From the IMG/VR virus record IMGVR_UViG_3300031521_000054, positions 312 to 64,311 of that record: a DNA stretch of 64,000 nucleotides; one strand, 5' to 3'. Numbering within the stretch: the first letter of the stretch is position 1; each line of letters opens with the position of its first letter. Source of the stretch: a virus. Taxonomy: Duplodnaviria > Caudoviricetes. Positions 10,749-20,838 of this stretch are shown here, one piece after another. The translations under genes and the position numbers were made by a program. The notes beneath the pieces are model-generated. The model was given only the letters and a program-made list of their open reading frames with translations, was not told the origin of the DNA and ran no database searches.

Positions 10749-12623
10749 ATGGCACAATTAAAAGGTGGTAGTTTTGTTGGTGGTGACTTTACTGTCGCAG
10801 GAACATTGTATTCAGAAGCTATTAAAGTATCTGGAACAGATTTTGCTACAGCAAATATAAACAGTAGTGCTGCTGCTAATGGATGGATAAGTAGGACAGG
10901 AAGTTTGAACGCAGCTGGTGACATTGCTTCTTTTATAGGAAATTATGGAACAAAAGCTATTGTTGGTGCTCATAATTATGCTTTAACAGCTTGGGCACCT
11001 TTGTATGTAAATAATGTTGATGGTTCAAGTGGTGGTAATGTTTATTTGCCAACATCAACATATCTTGGTGGTACATTACTTACTATGGGTGGTACAGCTA
11101 CTTATGCAATAAATTCAACTAAACTATGGGCAAGTGATGCTCCTTATACTTATGGTGGTGCAACACCATATGGTATGTCAATGACTTATGATGGTACTCG
11201 TTGGTTTCTTCAAGTAAGTCCAGCATCACCATCAGCAGTAAGAGTATCATATGCTGATACTGCTGGTAGTGCTGGTTCAATATCAGGTTATAATAATCCA
11301 ACAGCAGCAATTACTGCTAATACAATAGTTTATCGTGATGCACAATCTTCAATTTATGCTGATACATTCGAATCAGATGCAGGATATTTAGAATTATGTT
11401 ATTATACCGGCACAGGTGTCAGAGTTGGTCAAGGTGCAAATGGCAATAAATCATTGTGGGCAAGTGGATTATATGACAATGGAAACAGAGTATATAGTGC
11501 AGCAAACCCACAAGTAAATATTTCTGGAGATGCTAATTCAGTTGATGGTCAACATTTTGCTTGGTCTAATACTGATAATAATCCATCATATCTTTGGGGT
11601 TCTAATTCTAATGGATCTGTGTTTTTAGTTGCTCGTTCAGCAATGAATTGTAATTATGCAACTTCAGCTGGTTCAGCTCCTGCAAATGGTGGGACTGCTT
11701 CAAACTGTACTGTAAATACCGATAGAACTGATTCATCTTGGTATCAAGTAATGTGGACAACCACAGGAAGTACAACTTTATATTCAACAGCTAATGTAAC
11801 CATACGTTCAAGTGCATATGGTGGAATTGGATTTAATGGAAGTGGTTGGTACATCGAAGGTAATGCATCGTATGGTTTATATTCAAATACAGGATTTTAT
11901 GCAGCTGGTGGTTTATGGGATGCTGGAAATCGCGTATATTCCGCTGGAAATCCACAAGGCTCTTGCGGATATGCAACCACAGCTGGAAATGCAAATGCAT
12001 TAGGTGGTTACACAGCAAGTGAAGCTGCAGCTGGAAGTACAATTGCATTAAGAACATCAGGTGGTTATATAATGGCAACATATTTTAATTGTTCATCTGG
12101 CGGTGCAGAAAATAATGGCTCAGGATTAGGGTATGTTGCAGGGTTTAATGGAAGTGATACTTACATAAGAAGTTATAATGCTGGAGCACTCAGGTCAATG
12201 TTAGGTTTAGGTTCAATGGCATATGAAAATACAGGTTCTTATGGTACTTTTCCAAATCAACATAGTGTTGCATTTGGAAATACAAATATAACAGCTTCAA
12301 CAAGTTGGTTATCAATGGCCAATATGTATTTAACTGTTACACCAAAAGGTAATAAATATTTGATAATGTTTAGTGCTCCAATTACTGTTGGTGCTACAAA
12401 TCAGACAGTTAAAATACGTATATCAAGAGATAGTTCACTTGTATATCAAGGATATACGGCAATAAATTCTTGGACTCAAATGGTTTCTTTTTGGTTTCTT
12501 GGGATAACAGGTAATCCAGGATATAGTACATATTTTGATGTACAATGGTTAAGTGGAACATCAACATATCAAAATGGTTCAACAGAAGGATATAGACAAT
12601 TAACATTTATCGATTTAGCTTAG
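10749..12623 (+). CDS. Tail fibre protein
   Basis: 624 aa, G/S/A-rich; repeated GL(Y/W)D.GNRVYSA.NPQ and YA.SAG.A motifs. Confidence 0.7.
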   Translation: MAQLKGGSFVGGDFTVAGTLYSEAIKVSGTDFATANINSSAAANGWISRTGSLNAAGDIASFIGNYGTKAIVGAHNYALTAWAPLYVNNVDGSSGGNVYLPTSTYLGGTLLTMGGTATYAINSTKLWASDAPYTYGGATPYGMSMTYDGTRWFLQVSPASPSAVRVSYADTAGSAGSISGYNNPTAAITANTIVYRDAQSSIYADTFESDAGYLELCYYTGTGVRVGQGANGNKSLWASGLYDNGNRVYSAANPQVNISGDANSVDGQHFAWSNTDNNPSYLWGSNSNGSVFLVARSAMNCNYATSAGSAPANGGTASNCTVNTDRTDSSWYQVMWTTTGSTTLYSTANVTIRSSAYGGIGFNGSGWYIEGNASYGLYSNTGFYAAGGLWDAGNRVYSAGNPQGSCGYATTAGNANALGGYTASEAAAGSTIALRTSGGYIMATYFNCSSGGAENNGSGLGYVAGFNGSDTYIRSYNAGALRSMLGLGSMAYENTGSYGTFPNQHSVAFGNTNITASTSWLSMANMYLTVTPKGNKYLIMFSAPITVGATNQTVKIRISRDSSLVYQGYTAINSWTQMVSFWFLGITGNPGYSTYFDVQWLSGTSTYQNGSTEGYRQLTFIDLA

Positions 12624-12636
12624 TATTTAATTTGAT

Positions 12637-13236
12637 ATGGAAGAAAAAACAATACATATGCTTTGGGAAGGAGATTATTTTGAAGCTGTTCAAATATCAA
12701 TAAAATCTTTTGCTCGATTTCATAATGTTATTCTTTGGTCATATACAAATCAACAATATATTGATTGTACATTATGTGATGCTAATGAAATTCTTGATTT
12801 TGATGAATTTGATGCATGTATTGGACTTTTCAGATCAGATTTATTTAGACTTCATGTTATAAATAAATTTGGAGGATGGTGGAGTGATTGTGATAATTTT
12901 TGCGTTGAAAAATTACCTGATTTAGATAATGTTGTTACTCTTTTGAATATGGAACCAAAAATTCCAATAAACAATAGTTTATTTACATTTCCAATAAATT
13001 CACCAATATTGTTGGAATGCATAAAATCATATAAAACAACTGGAACTCTTGGATTTTTACAATTTCACAATATATTAAGCACAATTTATAACATTAATAT
13101 TTTACCATTTGAAGTTGGTTGTAATGCAATGATTTTTCATGAAAAAGATACTATTGTATTTCATTTGGGTAAATGTACATCAGTAGCTACATATATCAAA
13201 ATGCTTTATTTACAAAAGAAATACCTACTAAGTTAA
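12637..13236 (+). CDS. DXD glycosyltransferase, GT32/alpha-1,4-GT-like
   Basis: HMLW...SIKSF...LWSY, DANEIL, SDLFRL....FGGWWSDCD signature. Confidence 0.8.
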   Translation: MEEKTIHMLWEGDYFEAVQISIKSFARFHNVILWSYTNQQYIDCTLCDANEILDFDEFDACIGLFRSDLFRLHVINKFGGWWSDCDNFCVEKLPDLDNVVTLLNMEPKIPINNSLFTFPINSPILLECIKSYKTTGTLGFLQFHNILSTIYNINILPFEVGCNAMIFHEKDTIVFHLGKCTSVATYIKMLYLQKKYLLS

Positions 13237-13286
13237 ATCGATAATATCAAAATAATTTTTATAAATTTTTCTGATTATAATATATC

Positions 13287-13586
13287 ATGGAAAATCAAAT
13301 TACATCGGAAAGAATTAGTACTTTAATAACAGGTACTATTCTCGGTAAACCAGTACAAATCAATTATGATAATGCTGCTGGAGAATTACCAACAATGATT
13401 AATGGAGTATGTCGTATTCCTGAAGTTGATCCTATTGCAAATCCAATGAGTACTGGAAATAATATTAACATTAGTGTTAGTATATCAGGACAACAAGACA
13501 TAATTGTTAATGGTATTCCAGTTAGTGGTAACATTGATAATTTAGTTACAGGTATCGAAACTATTATCACAGCTATTTTGACATAG
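13287..13586 (+). CDS. Hypothetical protein, possible paralogue of the next ORF
   Basis: 99 aa; G..P..I..V...DP..NP...G..I.I resembles 13703-14107. Confidence 0.55.
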   Translation: MENQITSERISTLITGTILGKPVQINYDNAAGELPTMINGVCRIPEVDPIANPMSTGNNINISVSISGQQDIIVNGIPVSGNIDNLVTGIETIITAILT

Positions 13587-13599
13587 TTGTATGTTTTCA

Positions 13600-13642
13600 A
13601 AAATATTGATTGAAAGTAATTTCAATCAATATTTTATTTTTT
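13600..13642 (+). terminator. Putative intrinsic terminator hairpin
   Basis: Perfect 16-bp inverted repeat AAAATATTGATTGAAA-gtaa-TTTCAATCAATATTTT followed by a T-rich tract. Confidence 0.55.
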
Positions 13643-13652
13643 AAATGGATAA
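13623..13652 (+). promoter_or_regulatory. Bipartite phage promoter/operator motif
   Basis: CAATCAAT-N14-ATGGATAA. Confidence 0.5.
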
Positions 13653-13702
13653 AATATGATGAAGCTCATATGAATATATAATATAACATTAAAATAAACA
13701 AA

Positions 13703-14107
13703 ATGGCAATCACAAAAAAATCGGAAAAAAAAGAACAGCATAATGTATGGATAAATACATTTTCAGAAGCTGGTGTTTTGGAATCAGAAGTAACATTAAT
13801 CAAACATGATGTTGCTGCAAGTTATCGTGGAACAAACAACGATTTCAATGTTCACACATTATTTGATGATGGAAAAGTTCCAGCAAGTATTGAAATCACA
13901 GGAGTAAGCAAGACATTTGATCCTAACAATCCTGCTCCTATTAATCCTCTTATCACAAATGGTTCAATTATAACCATCACACGTGAAGGAAATTTTCAAA
14001 ACACTTTGTTTTTGAACAATACTTCATTGTCAAGTTTGACAGGATTTTTAACAGAAGTAATTGAAGTAGCTAATCTGTTTTATGACGAATATTTTCCCGC
14101 AGTATAA
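13703..14107 (+). CDS. Hypothetical protein
   Basis: 134 aa ORF with A-rich start context. Confidence 0.6.
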   Translation: MAITKKSEKKEQHNVWINTFSEAGVLESEVTLIKHDVAASYRGTNNDFNVHTLFDDGKVPASIEITGVSKTFDPNNPAPINPLITNGSIITITREGNFQNTLFLNNTSLSSLTGFLTEVIEVANLFYDEYFPAV

Positions 14108-14141
14108 TTTTTAATAAAAATAAATATCAAAATAATTAAGT

Positions 14142-14819
14142 ATGAAAAATATTGATTTATATAATTTCCAAACAGTTCTTAAAAATGCCACAGATGAAAG
14201 TGGTAAACAAAACATTAAGAAAATTGGAAAAAATTCTTTCAAACTTGCGATGATGATTAATGAAGATTTAATCAATTCACGCATCACAATAATTGACAAA
14301 ATAAAAACTCCTCCAGGCCCTATTGCTAAGGAAAAAGCTGCCAAAGAAGAAGAAGAAAGAGCTGCTCTTATGCTTTTTGCTGAATTGGATGAAAATAAGG
14401 AATTGATTATTTATACTGAACCAAAAGGTGGTGGAACTGTTGTGCCTAAAAATTCTCAAGTTGGTGGATTTTACAATATTGGTGATCATGTGAATTTTGA
14501 AAAAAAATTACAATCAATCAATAAAAAATACGTTAAAACAATTGAAGCTCTTATTGCTATTGATGAAAATTTCCAAAAAGTTCTTCAGGAACCTGTGAAT
14601 AAATCATTAGTTTTGGAAAAAGTTCCTGTCGATACTCTTCCGGAAATTGAAGATTTCGAAGTATTCAAGATTATTGTTAAAATTATGTGTCCAGCTAAAA
14701 AAACTTTTGTTCCAGAAGTTGAAGTTATGGCAGACAAGATGACAGATGATAAAATATCTGCTGAAATAGTTGATGAAACTGCAGAAGAAAATATTTTGAA
14801 AAGATTACCGAAAGATTGA
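14142..14819 (+). CDS. Hypothetical helical protein, possibly a tail-fibre chaperone
   Basis: 225 aa, charged and helical, at the end of the fibre cluster; function inferred from position only. Confidence 0.45.
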   Translation: MKNIDLYNFQTVLKNATDESGKQNIKKIGKNSFKLAMMINEDLINSRITIIDKIKTPPGPIAKEKAAKEEEERAALMLFAELDENKELIIYTEPKGGGTVVPKNSQVGGFYNIGDHVNFEKKLQSINKKYVKTIEALIAIDENFQKVLQEPVNKSLVLEKVPVDTLPEIEDFEVFKIIVKIMCPAKKTFVPEVEVMADKMTDDKISAEIVDETAEENILKRLPKD

Positions 14820-14831
14820 TGAAATAACATT

Positions 14832-14878
14832 CAGTATTTATAAATAGTATATTCAATTCATATTATTTATAAATACTG
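14832..14878. other. AT-rich inverted repeat
   Basis: CAGTATTTATAAATAGTAT...ATATTATTTATAAATACTG, 19-bp arms with one G-T pair. Confidence 0.6.
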
Positions 14879-14883
14879 GATAT
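14854..14883 (+). promoter_or_regulatory. Bipartite phage promoter/operator motif
   Basis: CAATTCAT-N14-CTGGATAT upstream of the SSB gene. Confidence 0.6.
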
Positions 14884-14965
14884 AATTATTATAAGAATTT
14901 AGACGTTTTTGATTTATTGAATCTTTTAAACAATTTTTAAACAATTTTTATTAAATTTTACTATT

Positions 14966-16129
14966 ATGGGAAATGCTAATGACGCTCTGAAAAATGCGTT
15001 CCTTCAATCAACTATTTCTGACGATGTTGTAATCGCTGTAAAAGCGGAAGATGTTCAGAACAATACTGGTATTGATTTTACCAAACATTATTTTGAACCA
15101 AAAGTCGGAAGTTCGTACTTGATTAAGTTTTTACCAAATCCAGGAGGCGATCCACTTACACATCGTTCTGTTTACAAAAATCTTCCTGATCCCGAACGCA
15201 AAGGAAAAACATTCCATTATGTTGGATCCGGTAATGCCAAAACGTGTAAGGCTCTAGAATTATTTTTTGAATTGAATGCTCTGAAAAAAGATGGCGATGC
15301 TGTTGCTGAAAAGAAAATTGACAAATATCTTTCACGCACAAATCAAGCCTGTTGCAAAATCGAAATTCTATCTTCTCCTGTCAAAGAAGAAATTGGAATT
15401 TGTCGTATGTTTCAATTTTCAACATTCGGGCCAAATGCAACTATTGCTAATCTGATTAACAAAAAGTTGAATCCTACCAAAGAACAACTTGTTGCCGGTT
15501 TCGAAAAAGAAGACATCTTCAATATTTTCGGATCATCCGTTATGAGTCTTGTTTGTACTGAAGCTAATTACGATGGTGTTAAGGGTCGTGATTTTACCAG
15601 TTCTGACTGGGCACCTAAAAAACGTGGAGCAATCAGCAAATATACTGATGGCAACGGTGTTGAAAAGGAATATGCTTTCACAGAAGCTGATCTTGTTGGT
15701 GGTGCAATTCGTCCTGAAGCCGCTGAAGCTTTCGAAGCTTTCGTTGCTCTTGTAACAAACGAAGATTATGACATTTACAACTACTTTGCTTACAAGGAAG
15801 TTGACGATTCAAGAAATTCGAAAGATACCAATGATTATCTGAAAAGTGTCTACGCTAAGGTTGACGAAATTATTCCTATCATTCGCGAAAAAACTCTTAT
15901 GGAGATTGCCGCTTATGGTAAAAAGGAAAACAAACCAGCTGGAGATTCGAAAGATGGTAAAACCAATGGTGCTAAAGATGTATTTGCAGGTTCAGTTCCA
16001 TCAGAACTAATGGGTTCTGTAATGGCTGGAGATGCCAAAGAAATCAAACCTGAGGAAACTAAGGTTGAAAAATCAGATTCACCAGCAGTCAATTCGGAAG
16101 TTGATGATATTTTGAACTCAACCAAGTAA
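14966..16129 (+). CDS. Single-stranded DNA-binding protein, T4 gp32-like
   Basis: IKFLPNP motif, K.C..LELFFEL, MFQF..FG, F..SDW and an acidic tail (EVDDIL); codon use suggests high expression. Confidence 0.7.
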   Translation: MGNANDALKNAFLQSTISDDVVIAVKAEDVQNNTGIDFTKHYFEPKVGSSYLIKFLPNPGGDPLTHRSVYKNLPDPERKGKTFHYVGSGNAKTCKALELFFELNALKKDGDAVAEKKIDKYLSRTNQACCKIEILSSPVKEEIGICRMFQFSTFGPNATIANLINKKLNPTKEQLVAGFEKEDIFNIFGSSVMSLVCTEANYDGVKGRDFTSSDWAPKKRGAISKYTDGNGVEKEYAFTEADLVGGAIRPEAAEAFEAFVALVTNEDYDIYNYFAYKEVDDSRNSKDTNDYLKSVYAKVDEIIPIIREKTLMEIAAYGKKENKPAGDSKDGKTNGAKDVFAGSVPSELMGSVMAGDAKEIKPEETKVEKSDSPAVNSEVDDILNSTK

Positions 16130-16153
16130 ATTTGCGTATTATCGGTAATTGAT

Positions 16154-16190
16154 AAGGGAATGTTCAATTTCGAGCATTCCCTTTCTTTTT
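16154..16190 (+). terminator. Intrinsic terminator
   Basis: AAGGGAATGTTC-loop-GAGCATTCCCTT followed by TCTTTTT, right after the SSB stop. Confidence 0.8.
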
Positions 16191-16215
16191 GTCAAAAATT
16201 AAATATCAAATCGTA

Positions 16216-17724
16216 ATGAGACTAAAATGTATTCCAGGTAAAAATAATAAATTATTCATAGGTATATTAGAAGTAATTACCAAAGAAGATATGGAATTAC
16301 ATGAAGTAATTAAAACCATATTATCAAGAACCCAGTACTTTCCTTTCATGCAAGGTTTTAATAAAACTATTAGTTATTCGTACCTATTTGAAGATGTATT
16401 CTTTCCAGCTCAATTCTGGCAAGATATTAAGACACAGTTAGATAAACTTTCTTCTGTTCCAGTCATATTAGAAGATGAGGACTTGATGTATAATAACGAG
16501 ATAACTCGTGATGATTTTGATCAATTCATATCCGAATTAAAAGTTCCTGATTATATTGAATTAGAAGCTGATGAGTATAAATTTCAACAAGATTCTGCTT
16601 TTTTAGCTATAGTAAATAAGATAGCAAGAATTGAAGTTGGAACATCTGGTGGTAAAACTTTCATAACATATTTGTACTGTAAATATATTCATGAAAGAAT
16701 AATCAATAAGGATAAGAAAATTCTAATAGTAGTACCATCAAAACTTTTATGTAATCAATTACAATCTGACTTTAAAGAATATGATGCATTAAATGATAAG
16801 AAACTTCTTGTAGAAACTATTTTTTCAGGAGCAACTAAATATTTAGAATCAGATATAGTTTGTGGAACATATCAATCATTAAGAGATTACGAAAAAGAAT
16901 ATTTTGATGCTTTCCAAGTAGTTATTTGTGATGAAGTTCATGGTGCTAAAGCTTATTCAATTAAAAACGAAATATATACGAAGACTTTAAATGGTGAATA
17001 TTTTTTCGGTATGTCTGGTACATATCCAAAATATGCAACCCTTGATTATTTGCATATAGTTTCAATGTTTGGACAAAAAGTTTTAACAAAAAGTGCATCT
17101 GAATTAATTGAAGATGGAATTTCAACTCCAATAAAAATCACAACAATAAAAATCGAATATCCTGAATTTGCAAATTATTCAATAGATTTAATAAATCAAG
17201 GAATAGTTGGAACAGAAAAATTCAAATATGAGAAAGAATTTTTTCACAATTATGAAGCTCGAACAAGATTAATTGGAAAACTTCTCAACAATATAAAGGG
17301 AAATTCATTAATTTTAGTTTCGACAGTTGAATATTGCACAGTTTTAAAAGATTTTCTATCTGTATATTGTCCGACAATTAGATTTGAAATTATTCATGGA
17401 AAGGTAAATAACAGATCAGATATTATAGCTGAAATGAAAATTTCAACAGATTTTTGTTTGATTGGTACTTACGGAACAATGGCTACAGGAGTTTCAATTA
17501 AAAATATTGAACAGATACATTATCCTGATGGCGGAAAATCTGAAATTAGAATACGTCAAGGAATTGGAAGGGGAATGAGAATTTTTCCTACAAAAGATTT
17601 TTGTTCAGTGTTTGATTATCAAGATATGATTCCACGTTGTTGTTTTAAAAATCATGCTGCTGAAAGAAATCGCATATATAGAGAACAAAATTTTCCTGTC
17701 AAAATATCGAAAATAAACATTTGA
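16216..17724 (+). CDS. uvsW: SF2 DNA helicase, UvsW-like
   Basis: GTSGGKT, LIVVPS, TYQSL, DEVH, GMSGT, QGIGRGMR. ATG 16216 is preferred over the track's TTG 16189, which lies in the terminator tail. Confidence 0.85.
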   Translation: MRLKCIPGKNNKLFIGILEVITKEDMELHEVIKTILSRTQYFPFMQGFNKTISYSYLFEDVFFPAQFWQDIKTQLDKLSSVPVILEDEDLMYNNEITRDDFDQFISELKVPDYIELEADEYKFQQDSAFLAIVNKIARIEVGTSGGKTFITYLYCKYIHERIINKDKKILIVVPSKLLCNQLQSDFKEYDALNDKKLLVETIFSGATKYLESDIVCGTYQSLRDYEKEYFDAFQVVICDEVHGAKAYSIKNEIYTKTLNGEYFFGMSGTYPKYATLDYLHIVSMFGQKVLTKSASELIEDGISTPIKITTIKIEYPEFANYSIDLINQGIVGTEKFKYEKEFFHNYEARTRLIGKLLNNIKGNSLILVSTVEYCTVLKDFLSVYCPTIRFEIIHGKVNNRSDIIAEMKISTDFCLIGTYGTMATGVSIKNIEQIHYPDGGKSEIRIRQGIGRGMRIFPTKDFCSVFDYQDMIPRCCFKNHAAERNRIYREQNFPVKISKINI

Positions 17725-17798
17725 TAATATTAAATAAGAAATTTACAAATAATCATCGATAATAGATATGTTTTAATAAATCAGTAAAATTTAGAGTT

Positions 17799-18443
17799 AT
17801 GGACAAAAATATTTTTATCGAAAGATTATTTGAAAAAACATTCGATCTTAAAGAAATTACAGAGCAAGTAACAGAAATATTTGCTTCAGCTGAATTGGAA
17901 TATTTTCTTGAACTGAATCCAATTTATTTAACAGAAGTTTCACCTTCAAGAGTTTGCAATTTCTTATTAGAAATGTGTATCAAACTTACAAAGAAAAAAG
18001 TTCCTGTACAACTAATTAAAAATGTTTATAATATCGATGCAGTTAAGTTTGCAATTATAACGAACAACAAAAGTTTAGTTGCATTACCAAAAAATGTTTA
18101 TCAATTCACAAGAGTATTTGTTGAAGTTATTTCATGTTCACGTCACTATTCTGATTTTTATAAATCATCGAATATGAAATATGCAAGAACAACTGAAATT
18201 GCTCCGAAATATCCATTAGAATTATTCTGGATAATTCCTTTAGTTGTTAATCCCCAAGTATTATTTACAACAAATCTTTCAGATTATATTAAAAGCAATG
18301 TTGAATTTGCTAAAGCTATTGGTGACAATTATATTGAAGATTATGGAGTCTTTAATGATAATTTTTCAAGTCTTGACAAATCACTGTTCAAACAATTTCT
18401 GACAGAAAGTTACCGAGCAAAAATGAAAGCTACCATCAAATAA
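17799..18443 (+). CDS. Hypothetical protein
   Basis: 214 aa ORF; no recognised motif. Confidence 0.6.
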   Translation: MDKNIFIERLFEKTFDLKEITEQVTEIFASAELEYFLELNPIYLTEVSPSRVCNFLLEMCIKLTKKKVPVQLIKNVYNIDAVKFAIITNNKSLVALPKNVYQFTRVFVEVISCSRHYSDFYKSSNMKYARTTEIAPKYPLELFWIIPLVVNPQVLFTTNLSDYIKSNVEFAKAIGDNYIEDYGVFNDNFSSLDKSLFKQFLTESYRAKMKATIK

Positions 18444-18466
18444 TAATTTTATAATAATATATTCAT

Positions 18467-18967
18467 ATGCAAACTACCGAGCTTACTGGACAAGATGTAT
18501 CAATACAAGATTGTGGAAATAATACTTTATCAGTACATGAAATTCAAAATATCTATCTCAAACTTAGTGTGTGTGAAGATATTTCATTTGATGTGAAAGA
18601 TGAAAATGCGTTTCTACAATCTTGCATAGAAAAATGCTTTGATGATTCTTTTCTAAAAATGCTGACAACCGATATTGAAAACAATTCGGTACTTTTGAAT
18701 AATGCTTTCGTTAAGCTAATAAAGTATTGTGTTTCGGAACATAATTTCAAAAAAGGCGGATTAATTTTTATTGCGTTTTGTGATTATTTCGATTTGTGTT
18801 ATAACAAAACATACACACAATTGCACGAAAAACTCCAAAATCTTATCAAGAACACAGCGAAATGTATGTGTGGTAGTGAATACACCAAGAATAGTAAAAA
18901 GGTTAACTGCGGAATTGTGACATTGTTTGACTTAGTAAATAAGAGAGCTACAACAAGTCCACAATAA
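18467..18967 (+). CDS. Hypothetical protein
   Basis: 166 aa ORF; no recognised motif. Confidence 0.6.
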   Translation: MQTTELTGQDVSIQDCGNNTLSVHEIQNIYLKLSVCEDISFDVKDENAFLQSCIEKCFDDSFLKMLTTDIENNSVLLNNAFVKLIKYCVSEHNFKKGGLIFIAFCDYFDLCYNKTYTQLHEKLQNLIKNTAKCMCGSEYTKNSKKVNCGIVTLFDLVNKRATTSPQ

Positions 18968-18980
18968 ATTAAATTTCCTC

Positions 18981-20837
18981 ATGGATAATCCGAAAATTAA
19001 ATATGATTTTAATCAAATCCAAAGCGGTTTGATTACTTTTGTGGCAAATTTGGAATTAAAACTTCAAAAAGTAATTCCAAATTTGCCAACATTTATTCTC
19101 CAGACTGGGGATACTTCATATTTAATGGATAAAAAATTCATTGAAAGTACGAATAAGGAAACTTATGAAAAAATCCCCAGATTTGTAATTAGTATTGATG
19201 ATATTCAATATCAAGCAGATCAAAATTCAAATCAATACAATAAGTTTGTTTATCTTTTCGAGGAGAAAGAATATATTGCTGTTGGAAGACGTTTAGCAAT
19301 TAACATACCAATAAATACTGATTTTGTTTCTTCAAACATAGTTAAGGCATTTGAGAATTTCGAGATAATGAGCACAATCATATCACGAGATAATGTTTTT
19401 ACTTATGAATTTATGGGAAATACTTTCGAAGCTGCTTATGTTATGCAAGCTCCTTCGATGGATAAACCACCAATGGATTTTGCTTCAGGAACAAGAAATT
19501 TTTCTGTTAAAACAAGTTTCGATTTACAAATACATTTATTGGTTCCAAGATTAGAATCAATAAAATTATTATCTGAAACAGGATATGATGGAACAACATA
19601 CTCATTAAATGTTGCAACTCCATCAATATCATTTAACAAAGCTGAATCACAACAACCATTAAGCATAACTGAATTTCCAACAAAAAATACATCAACAGGT
19701 TCAGGTGCTCCTGGAGCTAAAGGTTTAGATAATTATGAACTTGCTAAACTTTACGAAAATTATAACGGAACTCTTAAGGAATATCTTCAAAGCTTAGTTG
19801 GTCCTCAAGGTATTCAGGGTGAAGTTGGTCCACAAGGGGATCAAGGTATTCAGGGTCCTCAAGGTGATCAAGGAATCCAAGGAATCCAAGGTGATCAAGG
19901 AATCCAGGGTATTCAAGGTGATAAACTTATTTGGGAAGATTTAACTCCTGAAGAAATTGAATTAATAACAGGTAAGTCTTTTAAATTTACTGATTTTAGT
20001 CCAGCTGAATTAGAATTGATAAGAGGTCCTCAAGGCATTCAAGGCATTCAAGGCATTCAAGGAATACAGGGTGAAGTTGGTCCTCAAGGTATTCAAGGAT
20101 TTATTGGTCCTCAAGGTCCGATTGGTCTTACAGGTGGAAAGGGAGACAAAGGTGATCAGGGTATTCAAGGTATTCAAGGTCCGATTGGAAATACAGGTGG
20201 AAAAGGTGATCAAGGTGACCAGGGTCCTCAAGGTCCGATTGGAAATACAGGGGGAAAAGGTGACAAAGGAGATCAGGGGATTCAAGGTATTCAAGGTCCG
20301 ATTGGAAATACTGGTGGAAAAGGTGACAAAGGTGATCAGGGTATTCAAGGTATTCAAGGTATTCAAGGACTTAAAGGTGATCTTGGTTTAACAGGAAAAT
20401 CAATATATGAAATAGCTGTTGTCAACGGTTATGTTGGAACAGAAGCTCAATGGATAAAAGAAACAAATCGTGTCTTAAGTATTCCAGTCAATAGCGAACT
20501 TTCATTATTAACTGTTGGTGATGGCAAAAGAAAATTTTTCATCATAGATGAAATGCATGGTTCAAAAATTATTCGTGTTGAAGCTGGAATTTTAACTCCA
20601 AGTTCAACAGGAATAATCACTATCAGAGTTTACAATTATACACAAAATTACAATATAACAACTACAAATATTACGATTGAAGAAGGTGAATATACATCTT
20701 ATACTGCTTTGGTACAATCAATAACTGATCTGACAAAAACTGTTTCAAGAGGTGACATAATCGGATTTGATATTTTAGATGCAGGAACAGATGCTATGGG
20801 ACTATCAGCATTCATAACATTTCAAAAATTAAATTAA
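18981..20837 (+). CDS. Putative gp15-like tail-completion domain fused to collagen repeats and a C-terminal beta domain
   Basis: N-terminal IPRFVISIDDIQY..SNQY..RRLAINI resembles gp15-type proteins; two G-X-Y tracts; G.S.YE.A...GY.GTE.QW collagen-flanking motif. Confidence 0.55.
   Translation: MDNPKIKYDFNQIQSGLITFVANLELKLQKVIPNLPTFILQTGDTSYLMDKKFIESTNKETYEKIPRFVISIDDIQYQADQNSNQYNKFVYLFEEKEYIAVGRRLAINIPINTDFVSSNIVKAFENFEIMSTIISRDNVFTYEFMGNTFEAAYVMQAPSMDKPPMDFASGTRNFSVKTSFDLQIHLLVPRLESIKLLSETGYDGTTYSLNVATPSISFNKAESQQPLSITEFPTKNTSTGSGAPGAKGLDNYELAKLYENYNGTLKEYLQSLVGPQGIQGEVGPQGDQGIQGPQGDQGIQGIQGDQGIQGIQGDKLIWEDLTPEEIELITGKSFKFTDFSPAELELIRGPQGIQGIQGIQGIQGEVGPQGIQGFIGPQGPIGLTGGKGDKGDQGIQGIQGPIGNTGGKGDQGDQGPQGPIGNTGGKGDKGDQGIQGIQGPIGNTGGKGDKGDQGIQGIQGIQGLKGDLGLTGKSIYEIAVVNGYVGTEAQWIKETNRVLSIPVNSELSLLTVGDGKRKFFIIDEMHGSKIIRVEAGILTPSSTGIITIRVYNYTQNYNITTTNITIEEGEYTSYTALVQSITDLTKTVSRGDIIGFDILDAGTDAMGLSAFITFQKLN
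19800..20395 (+). repeat. Collagen-coding tandem repeats
   Basis: CAAGGTATT/CAAGGCATT 9-mers and near-identical 54-63-bp units (GGTGGAAAAGGTGACAAAGGTGATCAGGGTATTCAAGGTATTCAAGGTCCGATTGGAAATACA). Confidence 0.85.
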
Positions 20838-20838
20838 A

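Noticed and set aside
14839-14875. T4-type late promoters TATAAATA
   Set aside because: Expected by chance at this AT content, part of a palindrome here, and not consistently found before structural genes.
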